Shown in pieces: positions 1 to 7,817 of a DNA stretch of 32,000 nt. The position numbers and the translations under genes are program-made. The notes under the pieces were generated by a model. That model searched no databases. It worked only from the letters and a program-made list of their open reading frames with translations, and was not told where the DNA came from. Origin of the DNA: Methanopyrus kandleri AV19 (GTDB lineage: Archaea; JAADCQ01; Methanopyri; Methanopyrales; Methanopyraceae); contig NC_003551.1 of assembly GCF_000007185.1 (NCBI RefSeq), forward strand, positions 540,001 through 572,000, given 5' to 3'. Position 1 is the stretch's first letter. Each line of letters opens with the position of its first letter.

Positions 1-31
1 AGACATCGAGGCCCCGCTCTACGCCGCCGCG

Positions 32-490
32 GTGCGAACGCGTCCCATGCTCAGGCCGGTGACGCTGGGGAAGGTCTCGCACCTCGAGCTCGACGATGAG
101 GAGGGTACTCTCAAGGTATCGGTCGCCGTGGAGCGCTACTTCCCCGATGTGATCCGAACGTTACAGAGTGTATTCGGAGAGGATCGCGTCCGGCACGAAG
201 AGCGCCTCGAGATTACGATCGAGCCACCCGAGGGGATGAGTCCCGAACATCTCGAGAAACTCGAAGAGCTCGTCGTCCACGATCCTCGGAAGAAGCTCGC
301 CCACAGGGTGTACGATTTCATCGAGCGGGTACGGCCAGAGGGGTTCCGAGTGGCCCGATACGCGCGCTTCGATCAGGACTTCCTATACCTGGCCAGCGAA
401 GGCACGCTCGAGGACGAGTGGACCGACTTACTCTTCGAGCTGCCGGGAGAGCTAGATCGTGTCGGAGAGCGCCGGGGGCCGAGTGAGTGA
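32..490 (+). CDS. Conserved methanogen protein, candidate methanogenesis marker protein 17 (GTG start)
   Basis: 152-aa ORF; last 4 nt (GTGA, 487-490) overlap the next start; located immediately upstream of NifB-like and marker-7-like genes. Marker-17 assignment rests on context and vague sequence resemblance. Confidence 0.55.
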   Translation: MRTRPMLRPVTLGKVSHLELDDEEGTLKVSVAVERYFPDVIRTLQSVFGEDRVRHEERLEITIEPPEGMSPEHLEKLEELVVHDPRKKLAHRVYDFIERVRPEGFRVARYARFDQDFLYLASEGTLEDEWTDLLFELPGELDRVGERRGPSE

Positions 491-1335
491 GAGGACCGTG
501 TCCGAACGATCACCCGTGTTACGTCGGGGAGCACGGGAAATTCGTGAAGGTGCACCTACCCGTGGGCGGACGGTGTAACATCCACTGCCGTTTCTGCGAA
601 TCCGGACTCGAGCACGAGGGAGTACGGGTGGATTATCCCGGACGTGCCGTCCGCACGATCACCGGAGACGAGGCTAGGACGGCCCTCAAAAGGGTAAAAG
701 AGCACTGCGGACGCGTCGACGTCGTCGGAATCGCCGGACCCGGCGACCCACTGGCGAACTGGGAGGACGTGAAGGAGACCTTCGACGTCGTCGCCGAAAC
801 GGTACCGGAGGCGAAACGCTGCCTGTCCACCAACGGCGTGTGGTTACCCGATTTGATCGACGAGGTGACGGAGCTCGTGCACTCGGTGACGATCACCGTC
901 AACGCGCTGGACCCCGAGATCGCGGCCGATATCTACGATCGAGCACTGACACCCGAAGGCGAGGTGTTGACCGGGAAGGAGGCCGCCCGATGGATCGTCG
1001 AGAGGCAGGAAGGGGCCATGGACGCGCTGAAGAAGGAGCGCTACATACTCAAGAAGGTCAACTTCGTGCTCGTCCCCGGTGTGAACGAAGACGAGGTCGA
1101 ACGCGTCGCGGAGCGCGCCGCCGACGCAGGGTTTCACGCCATGAACGTGATCCCCCTCATCCCGGGCGGCGACATGAAGGACCACCGACCGCCGACGTGC
1201 CGGGAGCTCTCGAGGGCGCGGGACCGGGCTGAGAAGTACATCACCGTGATGCGCCGATGCATGCAGTGTCGCGCCGACGTGATCCACTGCCGCGGCAGAC
1301 CCCGGCTGATCTGGGAGCTGCTAGAAGAGGACTGA
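487..1335 (+). CDS. nifB: NifB-type radical SAM protein without NifX domain (FeMo-cofactor biosynthesis NifB-like)
   Basis: VKVHLPVGGRCNIHCRFCE (CX3CX2C), LSTNGVWLPD, VTITVNALDPEIAADIY, VNFVLVPGVNEDEV, and C-terminal CMQCRADVI match NifB signatures; ORF ends right after the radical SAM domain. Confidence 0.85.
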   Translation: MRGPCPNDHPCYVGEHGKFVKVHLPVGGRCNIHCRFCESGLEHEGVRVDYPGRAVRTITGDEARTALKRVKEHCGRVDVVGIAGPGDPLANWEDVKETFDVVAETVPEAKRCLSTNGVWLPDLIDEVTELVHSVTITVNALDPEIAADIYDRALTPEGEVLTGKEAARWIVERQEGAMDALKKERYILKKVNFVLVPGVNEDEVERVAERAADAGFHAMNVIPLIPGGDMKDHRPPTCRELSRARDRAEKYITVMRRCMQCRADVIHCRGRPRLIWELLEED

Positions 1336-1354
1336 CCCCCTGGGGGTCGCGAGC

Positions 1355-2266
1355 GTGTTCGAAACCGTGATCTACGAAGGGGGCGTGTACAAGGCCGACG
1401 AGATGCGCGACCTGGTCGAGGACCTCGGCGGGTTCGTCCTGTCCGAGCACCAGATGCAGCTGGAGGTCCACATGGTTCTAGCCGTACCCGTCGACGACCT
1501 GGACGTCATAGAGCGGAAAGCGGAGGAGCTCCTCGGAGAGATAAGGAGGATGCCGCTGGCCGGTACCGAGATCGCGGTCGTGGGGATGAGCCTGGCCCGT
1601 CATCACATGCCACATCCCGTGTGTGACATCGCCGAGTACCTCAGGCGTCACGGCGCCAAGTCCAACGTGATCGGCTTGGCCAGAGGTTACGGACGCGAGC
1701 TGGCCCAGCTGCGCACCCGGGAGAAACGTCTCCTTGAAGAACACGACCTGGTGATCTTCGTCGTAGGGAACTTCAAAGATTGCATCGAGAAGTACAAGCT
1801 GCCGCTGGTCCGACGGATAGAACGCGTGCCGGTCGTCGTGGTGGGAGGTCCGGAGGAGATCGACGCCGACGACGTGGTGTACGTGGGAGGAATAGGTAGA
1901 AAGCCGTACCGGTTCAGGAAGGGTCGCGAGATCACGAAGCTCGACGAGATCGTCGACGTCGTCTCGAAGATCATCGAGGAGCGACGACAGGAGCTGGCTG
2001 AGGACCCGCCCGTCGTCCCACCGATGGTAGTGAAAGATCGAATCAACCGGGAGTTGAAGATCGAGGAGAGGTTCACCTCCCCCATGCCGATCACACTCCA
2101 GCTCGACGGTCTTCGGGTGAAGGCACCGTACGACGAGTGGGCGGATCGAGTGGCGGAGGTCGAGGTCTTCGGTTGGAAGCTCCGGGAGATCGCGGACATC
2201 AGGCGATCGGAGATGGACGATCACATCTTGGTGAAGATCAGACCTAAGAGCGCGGTGACGGGATGA
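1355..2266 (+). CDS. Methanogenesis marker protein 7 (MCR activation complex component)
   Basis: 303-aa ORF FETVIYEGGVYKADEMRDLVEDLGGFVLSEHQMQLEVHMVLAVP...VGMSLARHHMPHPVCDIAEYLR resembles the methanogen-specific marker 7 family; same direction as the NifB-like gene. Confidence 0.75.
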   Translation: MFETVIYEGGVYKADEMRDLVEDLGGFVLSEHQMQLEVHMVLAVPVDDLDVIERKAEELLGEIRRMPLAGTEIAVVGMSLARHHMPHPVCDIAEYLRRHGAKSNVIGLARGYGRELAQLRTREKRLLEEHDLVIFVVGNFKDCIEKYKLPLVRRIERVPVVVVGGPEEIDADDVVYVGGIGRKPYRFRKGREITKLDEIVDVVSKIIEERRQELAEDPPVVPPMVVKDRINRELKIEERFTSPMPITLQLDGLRVKAPYDEWADRVAEVEVFGWKLREIADIRRSEMDDHILVKIRPKSAVTG

Positions 2267-2478
2267 TCGTACACCGTAGGTGGTGATCGGAACGCCACGA
2301 CTACTTCCCTCCCACCCCACGTGGTCGACCGGGAGACGCCTCCGAACTTCGTTTCTCTCCAGGCAGTTTAGACGGTCGCACAACTAACAACCTCACGTCA
2401 CGATCGATCACCGGCCCGGTGATGTACCATGCCACCCGCCCTCGGGAGTATCCCCTCACTTCCTACGCGCTAAAACTG

Positions 2479-3222
2479 TCAGGCGGCCTCCCGCTGTTTC
2501 ACCCTGTCGTACAGTCCTACCCGCTCCCGCCAGTAGCGACGGGCTTCTCTCTCACCCCTCCATAAACGTACGATGCGAAGGCTGTACCAGGCCGGCCACG
2601 GGGCCAACACGTCCACTAAGATGTCCCGAACCGTTCCGGGTAACCCCCTGAGTACGCTGTCGATGATCTCTTTCCCACTGCCGGGCCATCCGAGCCGACG
2701 CAACGGGTTGAACTCGACGGACCTTAGGATCGAACAAGTCCGACTGACTCCCTCCTTCACTATCTCCTCGAGTTTTTGGAGCACTTCCGCACGATGTTCG
2801 GCAGACATCTGTGCAAGCTGCCTCAGCACCGGTACGAGGGCCCTACGGACCGCCCTCGCCACGAACCACTTCGCCTTCCTGTGCTCCGACAACCTCGGTG
2901 CCGCGAGTCGAATCGTTTCGAGCCATTCCCGTAAGAATTGGACGGACTCGTTGTCTTCTCTGCCCAGGTAGATGGTACGGCCGCGCTCGCCCTTCCGCGG
3001 CTTCCACCGAGCCTCGTAGTACGGCCCATACACCTTCCCGTTCACCGACCGATACGACGCACCCAGGAACGGTAGAGTCCCCCGTTCCAAAGTCTCCACC
3101 AAGACCCGAAACACCCGAACCAACTCCACGGGGTCTTCGGGTACTTCCATCGGAACGCCCAACCGGACCGGATCGAGTACCGGTGGCCCTCCAGGCCTGA
3201 CGTTCATTCGATTGACCCCCAC
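2479..3222 (-). CDS. Lineage-specific orphan protein with GKVYGPYY...RTIYLG motif; paralog of 25272..25817
   Basis: 247-aa ORF; shares SYRSVNGKVYGPYYEA...IYLGREDNESVQFLREWL and LRGLPGTVR...PWPAW with the ORF at 25272..25817. Confidence 0.65.
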   Translation of the reverse strand: MGVNRMNVRPGGPPVLDPVRLGVPMEVPEDPVELVRVFRVLVETLERGTLPFLGASYRSVNGKVYGPYYEARWKPRKGERGRTIYLGREDNESVQFLREWLETIRLAAPRLSEHRKAKWFVARAVRRALVPVLRQLAQMSAEHRAEVLQKLEEIVKEGVSRTCSILRSVEFNPLRRLGWPGSGKEIIDSVLRGLPGTVRDILVDVLAPWPAWYSLRIVRLWRGEREARRYWRERVGLYDRVKQREAA

Positions 3223-3480
3223 TCCCAGTACCGAACGCGCTTAAAATCCTTTCGATTACGGACGCACAATCTTGGCGTTGGGCTTAAATTTGTGCGAACG
3301 TTCATTTTCCCGCCAGAACTGCTGGGACGGCCAGAACCATGGTGGTCGAGTATGGTAAGGGGGCAAATAATTTAACTGACCCGGTCGAGTTCATGGTCAG
3401 ATCAACGCTCGCACAAATGAGAATGATTGGAAAGAGAGGGGGCGGGAAGGGAGGCTCCCACCGGTCGGGGGTCAAGGCCC

Positions 3481-4767
3481 ATGAGCCGCGGCACCAAGGC
3501 CGGCATCTACCGAGATGTACTCGTTATTGAAGTTTTCCCCGGGGCGGTCCCCGACACGGGGACGCTCCGAGCCCTGAACGAGAGGGAGCGTAGGTTACTC
3601 CTAGCGGCAGCTGGATACGATGTCACTGAGTTCTGGGCTAGAAGTTTCATAGGACTGCTCTTCGACCATCCTACGCCCCTCGTTAGGGCATCCGAGAGAC
3701 ACGAGAAACTGTTACCGGAGGCGACGGTGGCGGCAGTCCGCGAGTTGTGCGATCGTATCGAACCCGAGAAGTTACGGAAGATCCGTAGCCGTGTGGCCTC
3801 CGGGGAGACCCCGAGGGAGGCCGTGCGTCGTGTCCTCGGATCCAAGATGGCCGGAGCCGTTTCCAGACTACTCGGTCGTGTTATGGGTTACGTACAGTCC
3901 GACCCGCTCTCCGTGGCCATCACCCTCCAGGTGTTAGGCACCATGATCGCAGCGGACAAACGCCTAGAGGACGTGTCGACGGTTTTGGTCGTCGTCCCGG
4001 GCCTAGAGCACGTGCACATCGACGTATATCGACTGGCACGAAGGGTTTACTCTAACCTCGTGAGGGCGATGAAGTCCCTCAGACGCTACCTCAACCCTCG
4101 AGTTAGGGTGCGGGTGTACGTAGCCACGGGAGGTAAACTGGAACATCCAGCGGGAGATTCCCCCGAGGAGGAGCTGATCGAGGCGTACGAGGAGCTCTCA
4201 AGGAGGCCCACCGTGAGACGCTTCTTCCCGGAGCGTGGCCACTTCACCGAGGTACCTTGGGACCGAGCACTCGCTGAGTTTTTTGTGCGAGTTATCCGAA
4301 GGGAGCTCCACCGTAGGTCTCTGAAGGTAGTTCGGGCTGCGAAGCGGGAGGGTGCTTCGGGTAGAGAGCTGTCTGAAGTGTACGGCAGGGAGTACGGTAA
4401 GTGGTTGAGCAGGTGGTTCAAACGCGGTCGTCGATGGCTGAACTTTCACAGACCTAGTCCGGCACTCTCCGATATCTCCTGCTGCTTCGTAGCGTCAGAG
4501 GCGGGAGTAGAAGGATACCATGAGGAGTTCTTGATAAAGGTACTCCAGAAGGTGTTGAGAGAAGTCGTCGAACGCAGGGTGACAGGACGACGGCTTGTGC
4601 GAAAAATAGTCAGGAAGATCGCCAGGGTCCTAAAGGAGGACTTCAGGGTCGAAGGGAAGATACGCGAAGGGATTCTCCACATGGCGAGGCTACTCGGTGG
4701 CAGACGCAAAGCCGCGTTAGGTGGCAAGACACTGCTCGAAGCGTTCGGGGCACCTCCACCGAGTTGA
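3481..4767 (+). CDS. Hypothetical protein, basic, orphan (alternative TTG start at 3427)
   Basis: Long ORF (429 aa from ATG 3481; MSRGTKAGIYRDVLVIEVFPG...); no family recognised. Confidence 0.6.
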   Translation: MSRGTKAGIYRDVLVIEVFPGAVPDTGTLRALNERERRLLLAAAGYDVTEFWARSFIGLLFDHPTPLVRASERHEKLLPEATVAAVRELCDRIEPEKLRKIRSRVASGETPREAVRRVLGSKMAGAVSRLLGRVMGYVQSDPLSVAITLQVLGTMIAADKRLEDVSTVLVVVPGLEHVHIDVYRLARRVYSNLVRAMKSLRRYLNPRVRVRVYVATGGKLEHPAGDSPEEELIEAYEELSRRPTVRRFFPERGHFTEVPWDRALAEFFVRVIRRELHRRSLKVVRAAKREGASGRELSEVYGREYGKWLSRWFKRGRRWLNFHRPSPALSDISCCFVASEAGVEGYHEEFLIKVLQKVLREVVERRVTGRRLVRKIVRKIARVLKEDFRVEGKIREGILHMARLLGGRRKAALGGKTLLEAFGAPPPS

Positions 4768-4818
4768 GGGTATCTTCGGACGGTAACCCCACGATCGTGA
4801 GCGGCGGAGGTGCCGACA

Positions 4819-4841
4819 ATTGTTACGATTTCAATAACATT
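4819..4841. repeat. Dyad site E: ATTGTTA-N9-TAACATT in the AT-rich region upstream of priS
   Basis: ATTGTTA CGATTTCAA TAACATT, 6 of 7 pairs, 9-nt spacer. Confidence 0.35.
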
Positions 4842-4982
4842 TGAATATCGCAACGAAAATTCTTTTACTTGCAGTTAATTCAGAGCCCGATATACAGTTA
4901 TTCATCGAGCTAATTCCTCTACTTTCATTGAGTGAACGAGGGTAATAGTAGACGGTTATGGCGCGCGATGGCAGATAAGTAA

Positions 4983-5007
4983 CCAAATAACGTCCTTTTT
5001 TATTTGG
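4983..5007. repeat. Dyad site F: CCAAATAA-N9-TTATTTGG, perfect 8-bp arms
   Basis: CCAAATAA CGTCCTTTT TTATTTGG; same spacer length as the CGTTA dyads but different arm sequence. Confidence 0.5.
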
Positions 5008-5063
5008 ACTTCTATTCGCCAACCTTCCACAGCCGAGAGTGTGAAACTGCGGGCGCGAGGAAG

Positions 5064-5954
5064 ATGGACGTGAAGACGTTAGTCGGAGAGTACTACGCCT
5101 CACTTCCCAGCGGCGTGTTACGAGAGTTCGTGGAAGACCCGAGCTCCCGCGAGTGGGCGTACACCTTCCTAAAGGGACGGGATATCGTATTCACCCGAAA
5201 GCGGAGGTTGGACGAGGTCTCAGGGTTCTTAGAGCTGTATCACTCGACTGGGAAGTTCAAGAACCCGAAATCGTGGGAGGGACTCCTCGGCTGGGATCTG
5301 GTGATCGACGTGGACGCGGAGCTTCCGGAGGAGCCCGAGGCGTTCCTCAAATCGCTGGGGAGGCTACTCAAGGATGTAGTGATAGCATGCGACGAGTTAC
5401 GTCGGGCGTTAGGGTTCCCACGACCGGACGTGGTTAATTTCTCTGGATCCAAGGGGTTTCACGTGAGGTACTTCGACAGCACCGTGCGACGGTGGCTGAG
5501 ATGGGACTTACACGAGCGTCGAGGTATAAAGCCGGGCGAGATCATCCAGCGGGTGGGTCGTGGAGTCGTATGGTTGGCACGTGAGGGTTTCGTGGCTGGG
5601 GACAGAGTGCGTGCACTCCGCGAGGGGCTCTTGGATGACTCGATGTACGATCTCAAGAGACTGATCCGATGCGTCGGATCGATGAACGTCAAGTCGCTAC
5701 TCCCCGCAGTGCCGGTGTGGTCGCGAGAGGGGGGTCGGTGGGTGGACTTTCGGGACGAGGTCCTAGGAATGAACGATTTGGAGCTGGGATGCCTGGTCGC
5801 CCACCGCACGTTGACCTGGCCCGGCCGTGGGGGATTGGGCGTAGTACTTTCCCGCGTACTCGACTTAGACACGGATGCAGATCCGGAGGATCCAAGCGAC
5901 TTCGTCGAGGTATGGGGGAACGTGATGTCGGTGCTGGGGGAGCTTAAGCCGTGA
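5064..5954 (+). CDS. priS: DNA primase small (catalytic) subunit PriS
   Basis: REWAYTFLKGRDIVFTRKRRL, catalytic DLVIDVDAE, SGSKGFHVRYFD, VTRHLIRCVGSMN-like DLKRLIRCVGSMNVKS; ATG at 5064 chosen as start. Confidence 0.93.
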   Translation: MDVKTLVGEYYASLPSGVLREFVEDPSSREWAYTFLKGRDIVFTRKRRLDEVSGFLELYHSTGKFKNPKSWEGLLGWDLVIDVDAELPEEPEAFLKSLGRLLKDVVIACDELRRALGFPRPDVVNFSGSKGFHVRYFDSTVRRWLRWDLHERRGIKPGEIIQRVGRGVVWLAREGFVAGDRVRALREGLLDDSMYDLKRLIRCVGSMNVKSLLPAVPVWSREGGRWVDFRDEVLGMNDLELGCLVAHRTLTWPGRGGLGVVLSRVLDLDTDADPEDPSDFVEVWGNVMSVLGELKP

Positions 5955-6523
5955 GGTTCGTGGTGCCGTTCGCGGATAGGGGGGATCGTAAGACCCGGCT
6001 GTCCTCGTGCATGGACGAGGAGACGCGTGAGCGGTTCGCGTTGGCGATGCTAAGGCACGTGGTAAGGGTGCTCTCCAAGTTCGGCGAGGTAGAAGTGGTA
6101 ACTCCGGACTCCAGCCTGTCGGTGCCGGGGACGAAGGTACGACGGAGTGACGCGAGTCTCGACGAGCTGCCGCTTCCGGACGGTGAGTTCGGGCTGGTGA
6201 TGTCGGATCTACCGTTGCTGTCCGAAGAGGACGTCGAGCGGGCGTTGGAGGGGTTGAAAGACGCGGATGTCGTTCTCTGCCCGTCCCGACGAGGTGGAAC
6301 GAGTGGAGTGTTCGTGAGGAAGGGTGTACGGTTCAGGCCGACGTTCGGTGGTGTGAGCTTCCCTAGGAACTTGAGACGGGCGGAGAAGCAAGGGGTGGAA
6401 GTCGCCGTGGTGAAGTCGTTGGGGTTCTTCGCCGATGTGGACGAGCCGGAAGACCTGCTCGACGCGGCGTTGTTGGGGAGGAGGGAAGTGGCGAAGATTG
6501 CGCGTTCCGTCGTCGAAGTCTGA
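5951..6523 (+). CDS. cofC: 2-phospho-L-lactate guanylyltransferase CofC (coenzyme F420 biosynthesis)
   Basis: VVPFADRGDRKTRLSSCMDEETRERFALAML, LVMSDLPLLSEEDV, CPSRRGGTSGVFV, GVSFPRNLRRAEKQGVEV, FFADVDEPEDLLD; overlaps priS by GTGA (5951-5954). Confidence 0.85.
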   Translation: MRFVVPFADRGDRKTRLSSCMDEETRERFALAMLRHVVRVLSKFGEVEVVTPDSSLSVPGTKVRRSDASLDELPLPDGEFGLVMSDLPLLSEEDVERALEGLKDADVVLCPSRRGGTSGVFVRKGVRFRPTFGGVSFPRNLRRAEKQGVEVAVVKSLGFFADVDEPEDLLDAALLGRREVAKIARSVVEV

Positions 6524-6598
6524 CGGCACCTTTTGTGCGACTTTCATTAGAGAGTCCCGTGAGACGACACGCACCGGAGGGGGCCGGATTAAAGAAGC

Positions 6599-7708
6599 GT
6601 GGAGCGCGCCCGGGCAGGGGGGCCGCCGTTGTTATCTCGGGAGGAAATTCTCGAGATCCTCTCGGAGTACGATCTCGAGGACCTGTCCATAGCTACGCTC
6701 GGAAGCCATACTGCACTTCACATTCTAAAGGGCGCCAAAGAGGAAGGGCTTCGCTCTGTGGTAGTCTGTGAAGAAGGTCGCACAACACCCTACGAGCGAC
6801 TCGGGGTCGCCGATGAGATCATCGTGGTAGAGCGCTTCCAAGACATGCTCGACGAGGAAGTTCAGGAGCGTCTTCGAGAGTTGAACGCTATCGTCGTGCC
6901 GCACGGGTCCTTCGTCGCCTACGTGGGTCTGGACGGGATCGAAAACGAGTTCTGCGTGCCGATGTTCGGAAACAGGCGGCTACTGCGCTGGGAGAGCGAG
7001 CGCTCTCTAGAGCGTAAGCTTCTGAAGCGGGCGGGCGTGAAGGTGCCGAAGGTGTTCGACTCACCCGAGGACATCGACCGCCCGGTCATCGTCAAGTTCC
7101 CTGGGGCCAGAGGGGGTCGTGGGTACTTCATCTGCTCCGATCCGGAAGAGTTCGAGGAGAAGGCAGAGCGGCTGATCGAAGACGGCGTGATCGACGAGGA
7201 GGATCTCGAGCAGGCACACATAGAGGAGTACGTGGTCGGGACCAACTTCTGCGTCCACTACTTCCGGTCGGTCGTGGAGGATACCGTTGAGGTACTGGGG
7301 ATGGATCGCCGTTATGAGACCAACATCGATGGCCTCGTCCGGATGCCGGCAGGCGATCAACTGGAAGCGGGACTGGAGCCTTCCTACGTCATCTCGGGTA
7401 ACATCCCCGTGGTCGTGAGGGAGTCCCTGCTGGTGCAGCTGTACGAGATGGGCGATCGCGTGGTACGCGCATCCGAGGATATCGAGGAACCCGGCTTCAT
7501 CGGGCCGTTCTGTCTACAAACGCTGTGCACCGAGGACCTCGAGTTCTACGTCTTCGAGCTCTCCGCCAGGATCGACGGTGGTACCAACGTGACCTTCCTG
7601 CCGTACGCGTACTTGAAGTTCGGCGAGATCGTGACCATGGGTCGCAGGATAGCCAAGGAGGTGCGCGAGGCTCGGGACAAGGGGCTCCTCGAAGGCGTCG
7701 TTACCTGA
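6599..7708 (+). CDS. purP: 5-formaminoimidazole-4-carboxamide ribonucleotide synthetase PurP (ATP-grasp); start could be TTG 6629 or 6632
   Basis: IATLGSHTALHILKGAKEEGLRSVVVCEEGR, RPVIVKFPGARGGRGYFI, EEYVVGTNFCVHYFRS, FELSARIDGGTN are characteristic PurP segments. Confidence 0.93.
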   Translation: MERARAGGPPLLSREEILEILSEYDLEDLSIATLGSHTALHILKGAKEEGLRSVVVCEEGRTTPYERLGVADEIIVVERFQDMLDEEVQERLRELNAIVVPHGSFVAYVGLDGIENEFCVPMFGNRRLLRWESERSLERKLLKRAGVKVPKVFDSPEDIDRPVIVKFPGARGGRGYFICSDPEEFEEKAERLIEDGVIDEEDLEQAHIEEYVVGTNFCVHYFRSVVEDTVEVLGMDRRYETNIDGLVRMPAGDQLEAGLEPSYVISGNIPVVVRESLLVQLYEMGDRVVRASEDIEEPGFIGPFCLQTLCTEDLEFYVFELSARIDGGTNVTFLPYAYLKFGEIVTMGRRIAKEVREARDKGLLEGVVT

Positions 7709-7782
7709 CCTCTCCGGGCAAAAATACCGTTCCCCAAGTCGTCGGCCCCCCGGGCTGCTGCTCGGCGTTACCCTTCATCCTA

Positions 7783-7805
7783 AACGTTACGAGTATTGTG
7801 ACGTT
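7783..7805. repeat. Dyad site A: AACGTTA-N9-TGACGTT, 13 nt before thiD start
   Basis: AACGTTA CGAGTATTG TGACGTT; 7-bp arms with one T-G pair, 9-nt spacer. Confidence 0.5.
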
Positions 7806-7817
7806 GGGGGCTCGGAT

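Noticed and set aside
1478-2383. Long minus-strand ORF (301 aa) opposite marker 7
   Set aside because: Same shadow effect; the plus strand has a recognisable family.
3339-3530. 63-aa plus-strand ORF MVVEYGKGANNLTDPVEFMVRSTLAQMRM...
   Set aside because: Ends inside the long orphan ORF with an unnatural C-terminus (RHQGRHLPRCTRY); probably out-of-frame, although a short leader peptide cannot be excluded.
7709-7817. TPP riboswitch upstream of thiD-thiN
   Set aside because: No CTGAGA or other conserved thi-box core is visible in the leader; only the AACGTTA dyad stands out.
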